Origin: an uncultured Planctomycetales bacterium
GTDB lineage: Bacteria; Planctomycetota; Phycisphaerae; UBA1845; CAYMME01
Assembly: GCA_964391465.1 (NCBI GenBank)
Contig: CAYMME010000002.1
Span: forward strand, 1-58,166
DNA length: 58,166 nt
Direction of reading: 5' to 3'
Shown here: positions 19,133 to 29,651 of the stretch, piece by piece
How the letters are laid out: each line of letters begins with the position of its first letter
Position numbering within the stretch: the first letter of the stretch is position 1
The notes under the pieces: model-generated
Seen by the model: only the letters and a program-made list of their open reading frames with translations
The model's database searches: none
What the model was told of the DNA's origin: nothing
Made by a program: the position numbers and the translations under genes

Positions 19133-20200
19133 CTACCGGCGGGTTGCCCCGGCTTCCCGGCGGCGGATTTCGTTGGCGGCTTCGATCATGGCACGGTAGT
19201 TCTCGACGGGCACATATTCGGGAATGGAGTTCCCGGAGCCGAGGGCAAAGCCGTTGGCGGCTTCGCGCCAGGACGTGCCCCGCCGAACGACCTCTTCGAA
19301 GATGGTTTTGGGGTCTTCGCTGGTAAGGAGATCGACGTCGATGCCGCCGAAGAGGCCGATGCGATCGCCGTAGTCGTCGATCCACCGCTGGAAAGGGGCA
19401 ATCTGGTCTTCATTCGAGTGTTTGGCGTCAATGCCGGCGCCGATCATCGCGTCCATGAGCGGGAAGATGTTGCCGCAACTGTGCAGCAGGAAGGGTTTTT
19501 CGGCATGGCGAACGAGGGAGATGATACGATCGTATTGGGGGAGGATGTGCGTGACAATGGTGTCGGGCGCGAGAAGGGTGGAGGTCTTGTAGCCGAGGTC
19601 GTCGCCCATGCGGCAGACGGCGAAGAGGTGGCCGTAGCGCTCGATCATGCTCGACCAGATGGTGGTCATGAGGTTTCCGATGGTAGCGTAGAGGTCGGCA
19701 AAAAGGTCAGGATCGTCGAACTGGAGGAGGCAGAGGTACTCGTAGCCGACAAGGTCCTCGCTGATTTCGAACGGGCCGTTGCCGACGCCGCCGACGGCCT
19801 TCATGCCGGGCGGCATGGTGCGGGCGAGCGCGTCGAGGTGGGGCGCCCAGCGGCGCCAGTAGAGGGCGGGGATTTCGTCGAACGGGTACTTCTCGAAGTC
19901 GTCACGGTTCTGAATGGGGCCCGGTCGCCCGCCCATGAGAGCGCCGTGGTCGGGGAGGATGTCGGTGACAACACCTTCCCAGGAGACGGTGTCGTAGGTC
20001 ATGTCCCTCCAGAACCGACAGTAGTTCCGGTAGTAGTCGGTGAGATCGGCGGCGGAGTCGGAGTCGGGTCGTGGTTCGCTACGGCCGGTGACGGCGTCGA
20101 TGACCACGTCCGAGATGATGTGTTCGTAGAGAGGGAGGCGCGTGGGCTTTCGGTTGGTGGCCGCCGCGATCATATGCGTGTAGTCGGGCTCGAAGGACAT
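19133..20200 (-). CDS. uroporphyrinogen decarboxylase (URO-D) family protein, paralog 2
   Basis: The start MSFEPDYTHMIAAATNRKPTRLPLYEH is preceded by AGGAGGG. The core MGDDLGYKTSTLLAPDTIVTHILPQYDRII...FLLHSCGNIFPLMDAMIGAGIDAKHSNED fits the family. Confidence 0.8.
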   Translation of the reverse strand: MSFEPDYTHMIAAATNRKPTRLPLYEHIISDVVIDAVTGRSEPRPDSDSAADLTDYYRNYCRFWRDMTYDTVSWEGVVTDILPDHGALMGGRPGPIQNRDDFEKYPFDEIPALYWRRWAPHLDALARTMPPGMKAVGGVGNGPFEISEDLVGYEYLCLLQFDDPDLFADLYATIGNLMTTIWSSMIERYGHLFAVCRMGDDLGYKTSTLLAPDTIVTHILPQYDRIISLVRHAEKPFLLHSCGNIFPLMDAMIGAGIDAKHSNEDQIAPFQRWIDDYGDRIGLFGGIDVDLLTSEDPKTIFEEVVRRGTSWREAANGFALGSGNSIPEYVPVENYRAMIEAANEIRRREAGATRR

Positions 20201-20250
20201 AGTGTTGCACCCTCCTGGCGGCCGCAAACTGGTGCCGGTTGGCGTTGGCT

Positions 20251-21198
20251 TCACGCCGTTCGAGTCAGGGCACGAAACGCGTCACCGCATGCCCGGTAGT
20301 TCTCTTCGGACATGCCCATGCAGCCGTACTCCTCGACGTAGCCCACGAAGCCGCCGTCCGGCGTGCCCAACTCTCGGTACAGTCGCTGCGCTTCGGCGTG
20401 GATGTCCGCGGGCGCCCCGCTGATCGACACCGTTTGATAGCTGATCGGCATCATGAAGCATTGCTTGCCCCGCAGGGCACGCCCCACCGCCGCGATGTCG
20501 ACCACGTTCGGCTGCGAGATGTTCATGACATCGACCCCGATGTCGTGAAGGCTGGGCACGATGTCCAGGATGTTCCCGCAGCAGTGGAACCAGACGTGCA
20601 ATCCCAGCTCGTGGGCCCGCTGGAACTGTGCCCGGTACCGCTCGCGAAAAAGCTCGTGCCAGAGATCGGGACTGATGATCAGGCCGTCCTGCGTCCCCCA
20701 GTCGTCGGCGAAATGCACACCGTGCAGACCGGCCTCCGCCGCCAGCTCGATCAACCGGGTTTCGAAGCCGAAGATCCGATCCAACAGACGGCCGGCCTCT
20801 TCGTCGCGAGTGACGAGGTCGATCATCGCGTTCTCGAAACCGCGCAGGAACGTGTAGACGGTGAACCCGCTGATGAAGAGGCTGCCCAACAGATACCGCC
20901 CTCCCGCCGTCCGCTTCAACTCCTCCAGACCGGCGAGCCGCTCTTCGGCACGCAGCGTGGGCCACTCGAAACCCGCCAAGGCATCCCAGGTCGGGAAGAT
21001 GGGCTCACCGACCTGCCCCATCGTTCCGTCGTCGAGAGACTTCAGTTCGTAGCCCCACTCGTTCACCCCATCCTCGTCATACCAGAGCCTCTGAAGCAGG
21101 ATGTCGCCCTCCATGTGATCACAGCTGACGTACCACACGGGAACGCGGCTCGGCCGGTTGAAATCGATGGCGTCGCGTACCAGTTGCTCTTTGGTCAT
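20251..21198 (-). CDS. uroporphyrinogen decarboxylase (URO-D) family protein, paralog 3
   Basis: HFADDWGTQDGLIISPDLWHELFRERYRAQF...VWFHCCGNILDIVPSLHDIGVDVMNISQPN has the same family core as the two neighbouring genes. Confidence 0.8.
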   Translation of the reverse strand: MTKEQLVRDAIDFNRPSRVPVWYVSCDHMEGDILLQRLWYDEDGVNEWGYELKSLDDGTMGQVGEPIFPTWDALAGFEWPTLRAEERLAGLEELKRTAGGRYLLGSLFISGFTVYTFLRGFENAMIDLVTRDEEAGRLLDRIFGFETRLIELAAEAGLHGVHFADDWGTQDGLIISPDLWHELFRERYRAQFQRAHELGLHVWFHCCGNILDIVPSLHDIGVDVMNISQPNVVDIAAVGRALRGKQCFMMPISYQTVSISGAPADIHAEAQRLYRELGTPDGGFVGYVEEYGCMGMSEENYRACGDAFRALTRTA

Positions 21199-21261
21199 GA
21201 GCGGTACTCCCCACCGGCCCGCAGCCGGTCGTTGTCATCCGGGGCTCGGTGGCGGTCGTCC

Positions 21262-21602
21262 ATCCGAGCCCTGAGCGCGAGTGCGGGGGCCTTGACCCGC
21301 TCGCTTGCGCTCGGGGCTCGGATGGTCCGCACTCCGCAGTGCACATTCCCCACTCCGCACTTCACATGACGCGCTCGCTCGCGCTCGGGGCTTGGATCAG
21401 CGTGCGTGCCCCACCCTTCGTCACGGCGCGCCGGGATTTGCGAAGGGTGGGAGGCGCATTCCACTTCACCCGGATCAGTCCCGGTCACGCCTACGGCGTG
21501 CCAACGATGGGGCACCCACGCTCCGCGATTCCTCTGACCCACTCGCTTGCGCTCGGGGCTCCGATGTTCCGCACCCCGCAGCTTCGCGCGCAAGGCCTTG
21601 AC
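21262..21602. repeat. cluster of direct and inverted repeats in a divergent intergenic region
   Basis: 46-bp direct repeats at 21294-21339 and 21536-21581 match at 42 of 46 positions (GACCCNCTCGCTTGCGCTCGGGGCTCNGATGNTCCGCACNCCGCAG). A diverged third copy lies at 21368-21410 and an inverted partial copy at 21262-21288. A family 2 palindrome is CCACCCTTCG (21411-21420) paired with CGAAGGGTGG (21441-21450). Confidence 0.8.
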
Positions 21603-21709
21603 CAATCCGTACAGATGCATATTACTCGGGGCACGAGCGTCCTCAAGCCTGACGCGAATCCGGTGAGCGCGGCCCGGGTGCACGAGACATGAAAGACGTG
21701 TGAAGCATC

Positions 21710-23476
21710 ATGATGACAGTTGCAGACCAAGTCCAATACGAGCGCCACCGGGACGTGCGGGTCGCGCAAACCGGTAGCTTCACCGCACTCCGCGAGCTTT
21801 GCTACCTGATCCTGCTGTTCGGCGGCATCGGGGCCATCACCTGGGCGATCCGCGGCACGGCCGGATGGGACGGCATCGACGGAACCATCCTGCCCGGGCT
21901 GACGTGGGGCGTGCTCTGGTACTACGTGTGCCAACGAAAGGGAATCGACGCGCGCGGGGTACCCCTGTGGCTGGGCCTGGGGATCGCACTCGGCGGCGAG
22001 TTGGGCTACGGCCAGTACGTCTCCTGGATTCAGGGCAAGTTCTACGTGGCCGACGAAATCATCTCCATCGCACCATGGGTTGGCTATGCGTGGTTCGTCA
22101 TGTGCGGGATCGGCTGGGCGGCCCCCGGCGGCATCGCGCTGGGTTGGGCGCTCGGCGGCAGAGCGTCGCTCCGCGTGTGGCTGGTCCGGCTCCTCATGCC
22201 TCTGGGCGTCGCCCTGCTCGGCCGACTGCTCATCCAGGCCTGTCCGTGGCTGTTCTTCCCGAACTGGGACCAGAGCATCTACGTGGCGAAGCCCGACGAC
22301 GCCACCGACCCGGGCCACGCCGCATTGGTGCAGTCGCTCGTGACCGTTGCGTGGATCGTGGGCGCCCTGCTGATCGGTGCGTCGTGGGTGCTCGACCGTA
22401 AGACCCGCCTTCCCCGCGAGTTGGTTCACAGTGTCTCCGTGGTCGCGCTTCTCTACACGATCTTGCTCCTCATCTTCATGGTCGGCTGGCTCTTCCTGCC
22501 CGAAGACGATCTCGGGATGTTCAGGGGCGAGTTGGGCAAGCACCTCGGTCGCACCGTCTGGACGAACTCGCAGAACGCCATCGTCGTGGCTTGGTGGGTC
22601 GGCGCGATGCTCGTGGCCCTCGTCCAGCGAGACAAGTTCACGCTGGTCGCCGGCGCGATCGTCGGAGGCGGCTTCGGCATCGGCTTCATGTTGAGTGCCC
22701 TATGGTGCCTGGGTTACGTGGACTACCCACGCTACATCGACTGGTGGAAGATGTGGGAACTGAACGCCGGCTTCAACCTGGGCCTGCTCTACGTCCTCAC
22801 GCTCTGGTGGGCGATCCGGCAGGTCGACAAGACGCACCGGCCCGACGGCGTTCCCCTCGAAGCGCCCGACGCACGTCCGGCCGCGAGCCGGCTGAGCGAA
22901 TGGTGCACGAGCATCGCCTGGGCCGCGGGCGTGTATTGGTTCCTGGCCTTCACGTTCCGCGACAACGCTCCGGAGATGGGCGTCGGGCTTGGCCTGTTCT
23001 ACGTGGTCGCCGTGTTCCTGGCGACCTGGCAAGCGGACCGAACGCGCGACCCAAGCGCATTCGCCGAGCGCCGCGGAAGCATCACCCTGGTCTACAGCGT
23101 GTTCCTGCTGCTGTTCGTCACATTCGAAGGGGCCACGACCAACGTGGGCGTGCTGCTGGAACTCTACGACGCAGGGGAAGCAGATCAGTACGCCTGGCCT
23201 CCCGGACGCTTCAAGCTGTTCGTGCCCGTCGCCGCCGTGATCGTCGCCGCGACGCTGTTCAAGATGGGGCAGGTCTTCTGGCCACCGCGGGAGTCGCACG
23301 GACCCGGCCGCCTCCCGATACACGTGGCCGATCTGCTGGCCGGCATGGCCGTGATTGGCGCCGCGACGATCTGGCCCACGGAGATCGGCGTGCTGTACGC
23401 CCTGTTCCTGTTCGTCGCGCTGTACGGCTTCAATCGCCTGAACCACCGCATGAACGAGATCGACGCTTCAGTGTAG
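21710..23476 (+). CDS. polytopic membrane protein, unknown function
   Basis: 588 aa with more than 12 hydrophobic segments rich in W, G and L. I recognise no family. Confidence 0.7.
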   Translation: MMTVADQVQYERHRDVRVAQTGSFTALRELCYLILLFGGIGAITWAIRGTAGWDGIDGTILPGLTWGVLWYYVCQRKGIDARGVPLWLGLGIALGGELGYGQYVSWIQGKFYVADEIISIAPWVGYAWFVMCGIGWAAPGGIALGWALGGRASLRVWLVRLLMPLGVALLGRLLIQACPWLFFPNWDQSIYVAKPDDATDPGHAALVQSLVTVAWIVGALLIGASWVLDRKTRLPRELVHSVSVVALLYTILLLIFMVGWLFLPEDDLGMFRGELGKHLGRTVWTNSQNAIVVAWWVGAMLVALVQRDKFTLVAGAIVGGGFGIGFMLSALWCLGYVDYPRYIDWWKMWELNAGFNLGLLYVLTLWWAIRQVDKTHRPDGVPLEAPDARPAASRLSEWCTSIAWAAGVYWFLAFTFRDNAPEMGVGLGLFYVVAVFLATWQADRTRDPSAFAERRGSITLVYSVFLLLFVTFEGATTNVGVLLELYDAGEADQYAWPPGRFKLFVPVAAVIVAATLFKMGQVFWPPRESHGPGRLPIHVADLLAGMAVIGAATIWPTEIGVLYALFLFVALYGFNRLNHRMNEIDASV

Positions 23477-23708
23477 GGTTTCAGGATGGGGAGGCGCATC
23501 TGTTCCGAACCGCGACCGTGAGGGAGCGGCCGAGGCACAAGGCGGAGTATTGCCGCTTCCTTATCCCATCCCGATGCACATCGGGATCGGGACGGTACAC
23601 ACGAACGATCGTGCACCCCATCCACTGGCCCCCCTTGTCACACAAGCCCTCGGGCCCGTAGGGTGTGCGGCCCGAAGGTGACGTCATCCGTCAGCCCCGG
23701 AGAAGCCA

Positions 23709-25109
23709 ATGGCTAACCAGCCCAAGCCCCTCACGTTCCGCGGCGGTCCGCTGACCAGCGCGCTTCCCCTGGTCACCTTTCTGGTCGGCAGTGCGATACT
23801 GGTGGCGGAAGGCGTGCAAGGCGACGCCATGGTCAAGGGCATGATCATGGCCGCGATCTTGGGGATTTCGCTCGGCCTGGTCTTCGCTCGAAACCTCGGC
23901 GCCTACACGGAATGCGTCTTCACCCTCATGGCCAACCGCACGGCGACCGTGGCCATTGTCTGCTGGCTCTGGGCCGGAGCCTTCTCCGGCGTCCTGGGTA
24001 AATCGGGCCTGGTCGAAGCCATCATCTGGCTCGGATGGAAGCTGGAGCTCACGGGAGCCGGCTTCGTCGTCGGCGTGTTCATCTCGTCGGCCCTCTTCGC
24101 GGTCTCGGTCGGAACGGGGCTGGGCACGGTCCTCGGGTTCACGGCCGTGATGTACCCGGCCGGCATCGTGCTCGGGGCCAACCCGGCCGCCCTCATGGGC
24201 GCGATCTTCAGCGGGGCCGCGCTCGGCGACAACCTCGCGCCCGTCTCGGACACGACGATCGTCTCCGCCGCCACACAAGAAACCGACGTGGGCAGCGTCG
24301 TGGCTTCCCGACTCAAATACGTGCTCCCGGCCGCGGCCATCTCGGCCGTACTCTTCCTGCTCTTCGGCGGCGGAGGGGCCGCCCTCGACTCGGCTGAGGC
24401 GGAGCAGTTGCTCACCGAGACCGCGGACCCCACCGGGCTCGTGATGCTCATCCCCGCGGTGGTCGTGTTCGTCGTTGCGGTGAAGTGGCGCAACTTCCTT
24501 GCCGCCATCACCGCCGGATTCGTCCTCGCAGTGGCGCTCGGTGCGATCACCGGCACGATCCCAATCGAGAGCGTCTTCCACATCACCAAAGAGCAGTCCG
24601 TAACCGGCAACGCGGTGGACGGCGCCATGGGACTCGTGCCCATTGGCGTTCTTACGCTGCTGCTCGTAACCACGATAGGCTTGATGGCCACCGCCGGTTT
24701 CCTCGATCTGCTCATGCAGTGGCTCGACCGCACCGTGGCCCGCACGGTCCGCGGAACCGAGGCCGCCATCGTCGCTCTGATCTCATTTGCCAACCTCTGC
24801 GTCTCGGTGAACACCGTGGCGATGATCGCGGTGGGGCCGCTCGCCAACGAGCAGCGCAAGCGCCACAAGATCCATCCTTGCCGCAGCGCGAACCTGCTCG
24901 ACACGATCTCCTGCTCGTTCCCCTACATCTTGCCCTATGCGTCGACGATCATCGCGGCCGACGCCAGCCAGCGCAAGGCGGCCAAAGACTACGCATTCGT
25001 TCCTATCGTGCCGTGGGCGCAGGAAGCACCGTACATCTTCTACGGGATGGTGCTCTTCGTCGTGATGATCCTGGCCGTCGCTACCGGCTACGGTCGGAAG
25101 AAGGGCTGA
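23709..25109 (+). CDS. Na+/H+ antiporter NhaC family transporter
   Basis: 466 aa and polytopic. Segments GAIFSGAALGDNLAPVSDTTIVSAA and SFPYILPYASTIIAA resemble the NhaC-type C-terminal domain. Confidence 0.72.
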   Translation: MANQPKPLTFRGGPLTSALPLVTFLVGSAILVAEGVQGDAMVKGMIMAAILGISLGLVFARNLGAYTECVFTLMANRTATVAIVCWLWAGAFSGVLGKSGLVEAIIWLGWKLELTGAGFVVGVFISSALFAVSVGTGLGTVLGFTAVMYPAGIVLGANPAALMGAIFSGAALGDNLAPVSDTTIVSAATQETDVGSVVASRLKYVLPAAAISAVLFLLFGGGGAALDSAEAEQLLTETADPTGLVMLIPAVVVFVVAVKWRNFLAAITAGFVLAVALGAITGTIPIESVFHITKEQSVTGNAVDGAMGLVPIGVLTLLLVTTIGLMATAGFLDLLMQWLDRTVARTVRGTEAAIVALISFANLCVSVNTVAMIAVGPLANEQRKRHKIHPCRSANLLDTISCSFPYILPYASTIIAADASQRKAAKDYAFVPIVPWAQEAPYIFYGMVLFVVMILAVATGYGRKKG

Positions 25110-25136
25110 GAGTCGCAACCCTCCCCCGACCGCTTC

Positions 25137-26618
25137 TCACGTATCCGCCACCACGCACGCGCTATCCCGCAGTTCGGCTTGGAGGACCTTGATGTCGATT
25201 CCGCTGTAGGCGGTGCGCTTCTCGACAACCTGTTTCGTGGCCTGTCCGGCCGCCTGGCCCATGGCGAAGCATGGCCCGGATACGCGAAGCGGGCCGAGGA
25301 CGTGGCGTTCGACACTGACGGCCCGCCCCGGGCAAATCAGGTTCTCCACCGCGTCGGGAAGCATGATGCGGTAGGGAATGGGCGTGACCTTGCGCTTGCG
25401 GCGGGCCTTGCCGTGCATCGGCTGGTGGCTGGGACGCTTCGGGTCGGGCAGATCCCATCCGTACGACGAAAGCCCGATGGTGTCGTCGAAGTCCGCTCCC
25501 TTGACGAGATGATCCACCGTCAAGCTGAACGGGCCGCGGATCCGCCGCGTTTCGCGCACGCCAAGCAACGGCGCCACGCACTTCAGGCGAGCCTTCGCGA
25601 AACCGGGGAAATGCTCGCGCAGGACCGCGAGAAGCTTCTGCGTCTCGTCGCGGCCTCGGACCATGCCGTCCGTGATGGACGCCCCGTCGAGGCCGTCCAC
25701 GCCGACCAGTCGCGAGGTGTTGATCATCATCGTGCCCTTCTCGTTGAGCTGCACGCTGATGAAGATGTCGTACGGGAAGGGCCACCGCCCGGCCTCGCGA
25801 AGTTCGCGGATCTTCTGCCGGAAGCGTGGTGCGTTGTGTTCCCGGATGTAGCCGGCGAGCGCATCCTGATCGACGTTGCTGACGTGGAACTGAAGCGTGG
25901 CGGGCGTCATGAGCCCGTCGGCTTCACGTCCCTTGATGACACGGCAACCGCTGCGGGCGGCGATGTCGGCGTCCCCCGTCGCGTCGACGACGGCTTTCGT
26001 GGGCACGGCGACGAGGCCACTCTTGTTGAAGATGATCACGTGCGTGATGCGACCGTTTCGAACTTGAACGTCGACGGCCTGCGTGAACAGCAGGACCTCC
26101 ACGCCGGTGGCATGAGTCTTCGCGTCGAGATAGTGCGCCATGGCGTACGGATCGAACGGGATCCCGTGGGCGAGGCCGCCGTACCACCCATGCGGCTGGA
26201 ACTTCGGGCCACGCTCGGGGATCAGGGCGAACCCTTCCCGCGTTGCCTCCTCGGCCATCTCGCGAAAGATGCCGCCGACCACCCACCGCTTGCAGTCGTG
26301 CGTGCGTCCGCCCAGCCAATGGGACACGAGACCCGAAGTTCCCATCCCGCCGAGTTGTCCCTGCCCTTCCACGAGCAGAACCTTCAGGCCCGCCCGCGCC
26401 GCGGCAAGCGCGGCAGCCGTACCCGCCGGACCGCCGCCGCACACGACCACGTCGCGCGGTTCATGCAGGGGAAGCCCCCGGCTGAAAACGAACGGAGCCG
26501 GCTGGTCGGCGGCGCCGGCGGCCGACACCGTCGACGCCGTCGACGCCGTCGACGCCGTCGCACACGCACCCGCGGCAAGACCCAGAAAATCGCGGCGATT
26601 CAATGCACTGTCGTTCAT
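25137..26618 (-). CDS. Tat-exported FAD-dependent oxidoreductase
   Basis: Twin-arginine signal NRRDFLGLAAGA, and a dinucleotide-binding motif DVVVCGGGPAGTAAALAAARAGLKVLLVE. Confidence 0.85.
   Translation of the reverse strand: MNDSALNRRDFLGLAAGACATASTASTASTVSAAGAADQPAPFVFSRGLPLHEPRDVVVCGGGPAGTAAALAAARAGLKVLLVEGQGQLGGMGTSGLVSHWLGGRTHDCKRWVVGGIFREMAEEATREGFALIPERGPKFQPHGWYGGLAHGIPFDPYAMAHYLDAKTHATGVEVLLFTQAVDVQVRNGRITHVIIFNKSGLVAVPTKAVVDATGDADIAARSGCRVIKGREADGLMTPATLQFHVSNVDQDALAGYIREHNAPRFRQKIRELREAGRWPFPYDIFISVQLNEKGTMMINTSRLVGVDGLDGASITDGMVRGRDETQKLLAVLREHFPGFAKARLKCVAPLLGVRETRRIRGPFSLTVDHLVKGADFDDTIGLSSYGWDLPDPKRPSHQPMHGKARRKRKVTPIPYRIMLPDAVENLICPGRAVSVERHVLGPLRVSGPCFAMGQAAGQATKQVVEKRTAYSGIDIKVLQAELRDSACVVADT
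26527..26560. repeat. 9-bp tandem repeat (GTCGACGCC, about 3.5 copies) inside the Tat signal region
   Basis: Perfect copies lie at 26530-26538, 26539-26547 and 26548-26556. On the minus strand they encode TASTASTASTV. Confidence 0.9.
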
Positions 26619-26824
26619 GGATGATTCCTCAACGGACTGAGAAGCATGATGAGAGCAACTCCTGCCACCTGATGCGCAGCGTCGCCGCGCATCCGTACCC
26701 GTCTTCCATAAGCTTCGTGCCTGACGCGGTGGTTGGTCAAGCGCCTGCTCGGAAGATATGGTCGCACTTCCGCGCGATGGACGGACAGAATGGTGTCTCG
26801 GGCAGGTTGGAGCCCGCCCGCAAA

Positions 26825-26881
26825 GCGGATGCCGGCCTTGCCGGCATCACACGCTCCCTGACGGTCGCGTCTCGGTGTCGG
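26825..26881. repeat. repeat family 3, copy 2 (inverted relative to 13359-13415)
   Basis: The reverse complement, CCGACACCGAGACGCGACCGTCAGGGAGCGTGTGATGCCGGCAAGGCCGGCATCCGC, matches copy 1 at 54 of 57 positions. Confidence 0.85.
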
Positions 26882-26900
26882 GCGAGCAGGGCGCACAGAA

Positions 26901-26942
26901 ACGGGCCCGTCGACTGGTGGGTGAACCAGCCGCCGGGCCCGT
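26901..26942 (-). terminator. hairpin downstream of groEL
   Basis: ACGGGCCCG (26901-26909) pairs with CGGGCCCGT (26934-26942), with an inner CTGGT/ACCAG pair. On the minus strand the hairpin is followed by TTTCTGTG. It lies 27 nt after the groEL stop. Confidence 0.5.
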
Positions 26943-26968
26943 ATGTGAGGTCATTCGGTAAGGTCGGC

Positions 26969-28606
<1,638 letters not shown>

Positions 28607-28625
28607 GCTGCTGCTCTCCGTCTGA

Positions 28626-28652
28626 AAAACGCGCGCCCCCGCGGGGTCGCGG
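28626..28652 (-). terminator. GC hairpin plus T5 run between groES and groEL (attenuator or processing-site candidate)
   Basis: The minus strand reads CCGCGACCCCGCGGGGGCGCGCGTTTTTCAGA. This is a stem of about 8 bp with one mismatch, followed by TTTTT, inside the 66-nt groES-groEL spacer. Confidence 0.4.
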
Positions 28653-28672
28653 CAAAACGTATCGCGTCCGCG

Positions 28673-28969
28673 CTAGCCGATCACGGCGAGGATGTCGCTC
28701 TCATCCATGATGAGCAGCTCCTGTCCATCCACCTTGATCTCGGTGCCGGCGTAGCTGGTGAACAGAACCTGATCGTTCTTCTTGATCTGAAGCGCCTGCC
28801 TCTCGCCGGAATCCAGGAGCTTGCCGTCCCCGACGGCGTGCACGATACCGCGTTTGGGTTTCTCCTGGGCGGCGTCCGGGAGCACGATCCCGCCGGCGGT
28901 CTTTTCTTCCGCCTCCAGGCGCTTGACGAGCACCTTCTCGCCGAGTGGTCGAATCTTCAGCTTGGCCAT
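28673..28969 (-). CDS. groES: co-chaperonin GroES
   Basis: [52 protein letters not shown]... is a classic Cpn10. GAAGGAG lies upstream. Confidence 0.98.
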   Translation of the reverse strand: MAKLKIRPLGEKVLVKRLEAEEKTAGGIVLPDAAQEKPKRGIVHAVGDGKLLDSGERQALQIKKNDQVLFTSYAGTEIKVDGQELLIMDESDILAVIG

Positions 28970-29020
28970 GTCCGACTCCTTCTTCGTTCTTCCTTTGTTA
29001 CTCGATTCAGAGCAATCGAC

Positions 29021-29461
29021 TCAGATCTCTGGAAAGTCGAGGTCGTAGTACTTCCGAAACACGCGGGCCACCACTTCGGTGACCAGCCGCTCGTCAACGG
29101 GTTCTGCCAACACGCTGTAGGCCTCGAGCGCCAGCGCCTCCTGGAAGAAGTGGCGCGTGGGCTTCTCGGCCACGAGCAGGCAGGGCAGCCGTGCATCAAT
29201 CGAGCGGATGATCCGCAGGACCGACAGCCCGTCCATGCGCGGCAGTTCGGCATCGAGGATGGCCAGGCTGATGCCGCCGTCCTCGACCATGCGGATCGCC
29301 TCGCGACCGCTGCTGGCCCGCTGGACGACGACGCCCCGCGGCTCGAGGCGGGCGCCGAGCCCCTCGACCCATTGCCGCGACCACCGGCCGGGACCCGTCG
29401 ACACAAGGAGACCCCAATCGCTGGGCGCATCACCAAACTGGGCCTCGGCCATCATCATCAT
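29021..29461 (-). CDS. stand-alone receiver-like (degenerate response regulator) protein
   Basis: The CheY-like core LAILDAELPRMDGLSVLRIIR retains the phospho-acceptor Asp. The acidic pair is replaced (LLVSTGPG), the Thr/Ser position reads LLVAEK, and the Lys-Pro position reads LAEPV. The gene ends 51 nt upstream of groES. Confidence 0.75.
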   Translation of the reverse strand: MMMMAEAQFGDAPSDWGLLVSTGPGRWSRQWVEGLGARLEPRGVVVQRASSGREAIRMVEDGGISLAILDAELPRMDGLSVLRIIRSIDARLPCLLVAEKPTRHFFQEALALEAYSVLAEPVDERLVTEVVARVFRKYYDLDFPEI

Positions 29462-29651
29462 GCACGGACCCCTTGCCCTCCGTTGCCGACGTACGCCTGA
29501 GCAATGAGTGTGCCATCAAGCCTCGCCCCGGCGAGATAGACGTAAGACCATTGCACGGAAGGAGTTGCGAAACACCTCGGGCGGCGACTCGGAACGGACA
29601 TGCCGGGGGAACGCTGCCGAATCTGACAACCCGCCGAGCGTTCACCGGCAG

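Noticed and set aside
21262-21602. Possible CRISPR array, given the repeated units here and the recurring palindromes elsewhere.
   Set aside because: Repeat spacing is irregular (74 and 168 nt), the copies are imperfect, some are inverted, and no cas genes are present. REP family 1 copies are dispersed rather than arrayed.
28970-29020. Search for a CIRCE (HrcA) operator or an RpoH-type promoter in front of groES.
   Set aside because: No TTAGCACTC-N9-GAGTGCTAA-like inverted repeat is present, only a weak TCGATT..AATCGA palindrome. I saw no CTTGAAA/CCCCAT pattern here or upstream of the receiver gene.
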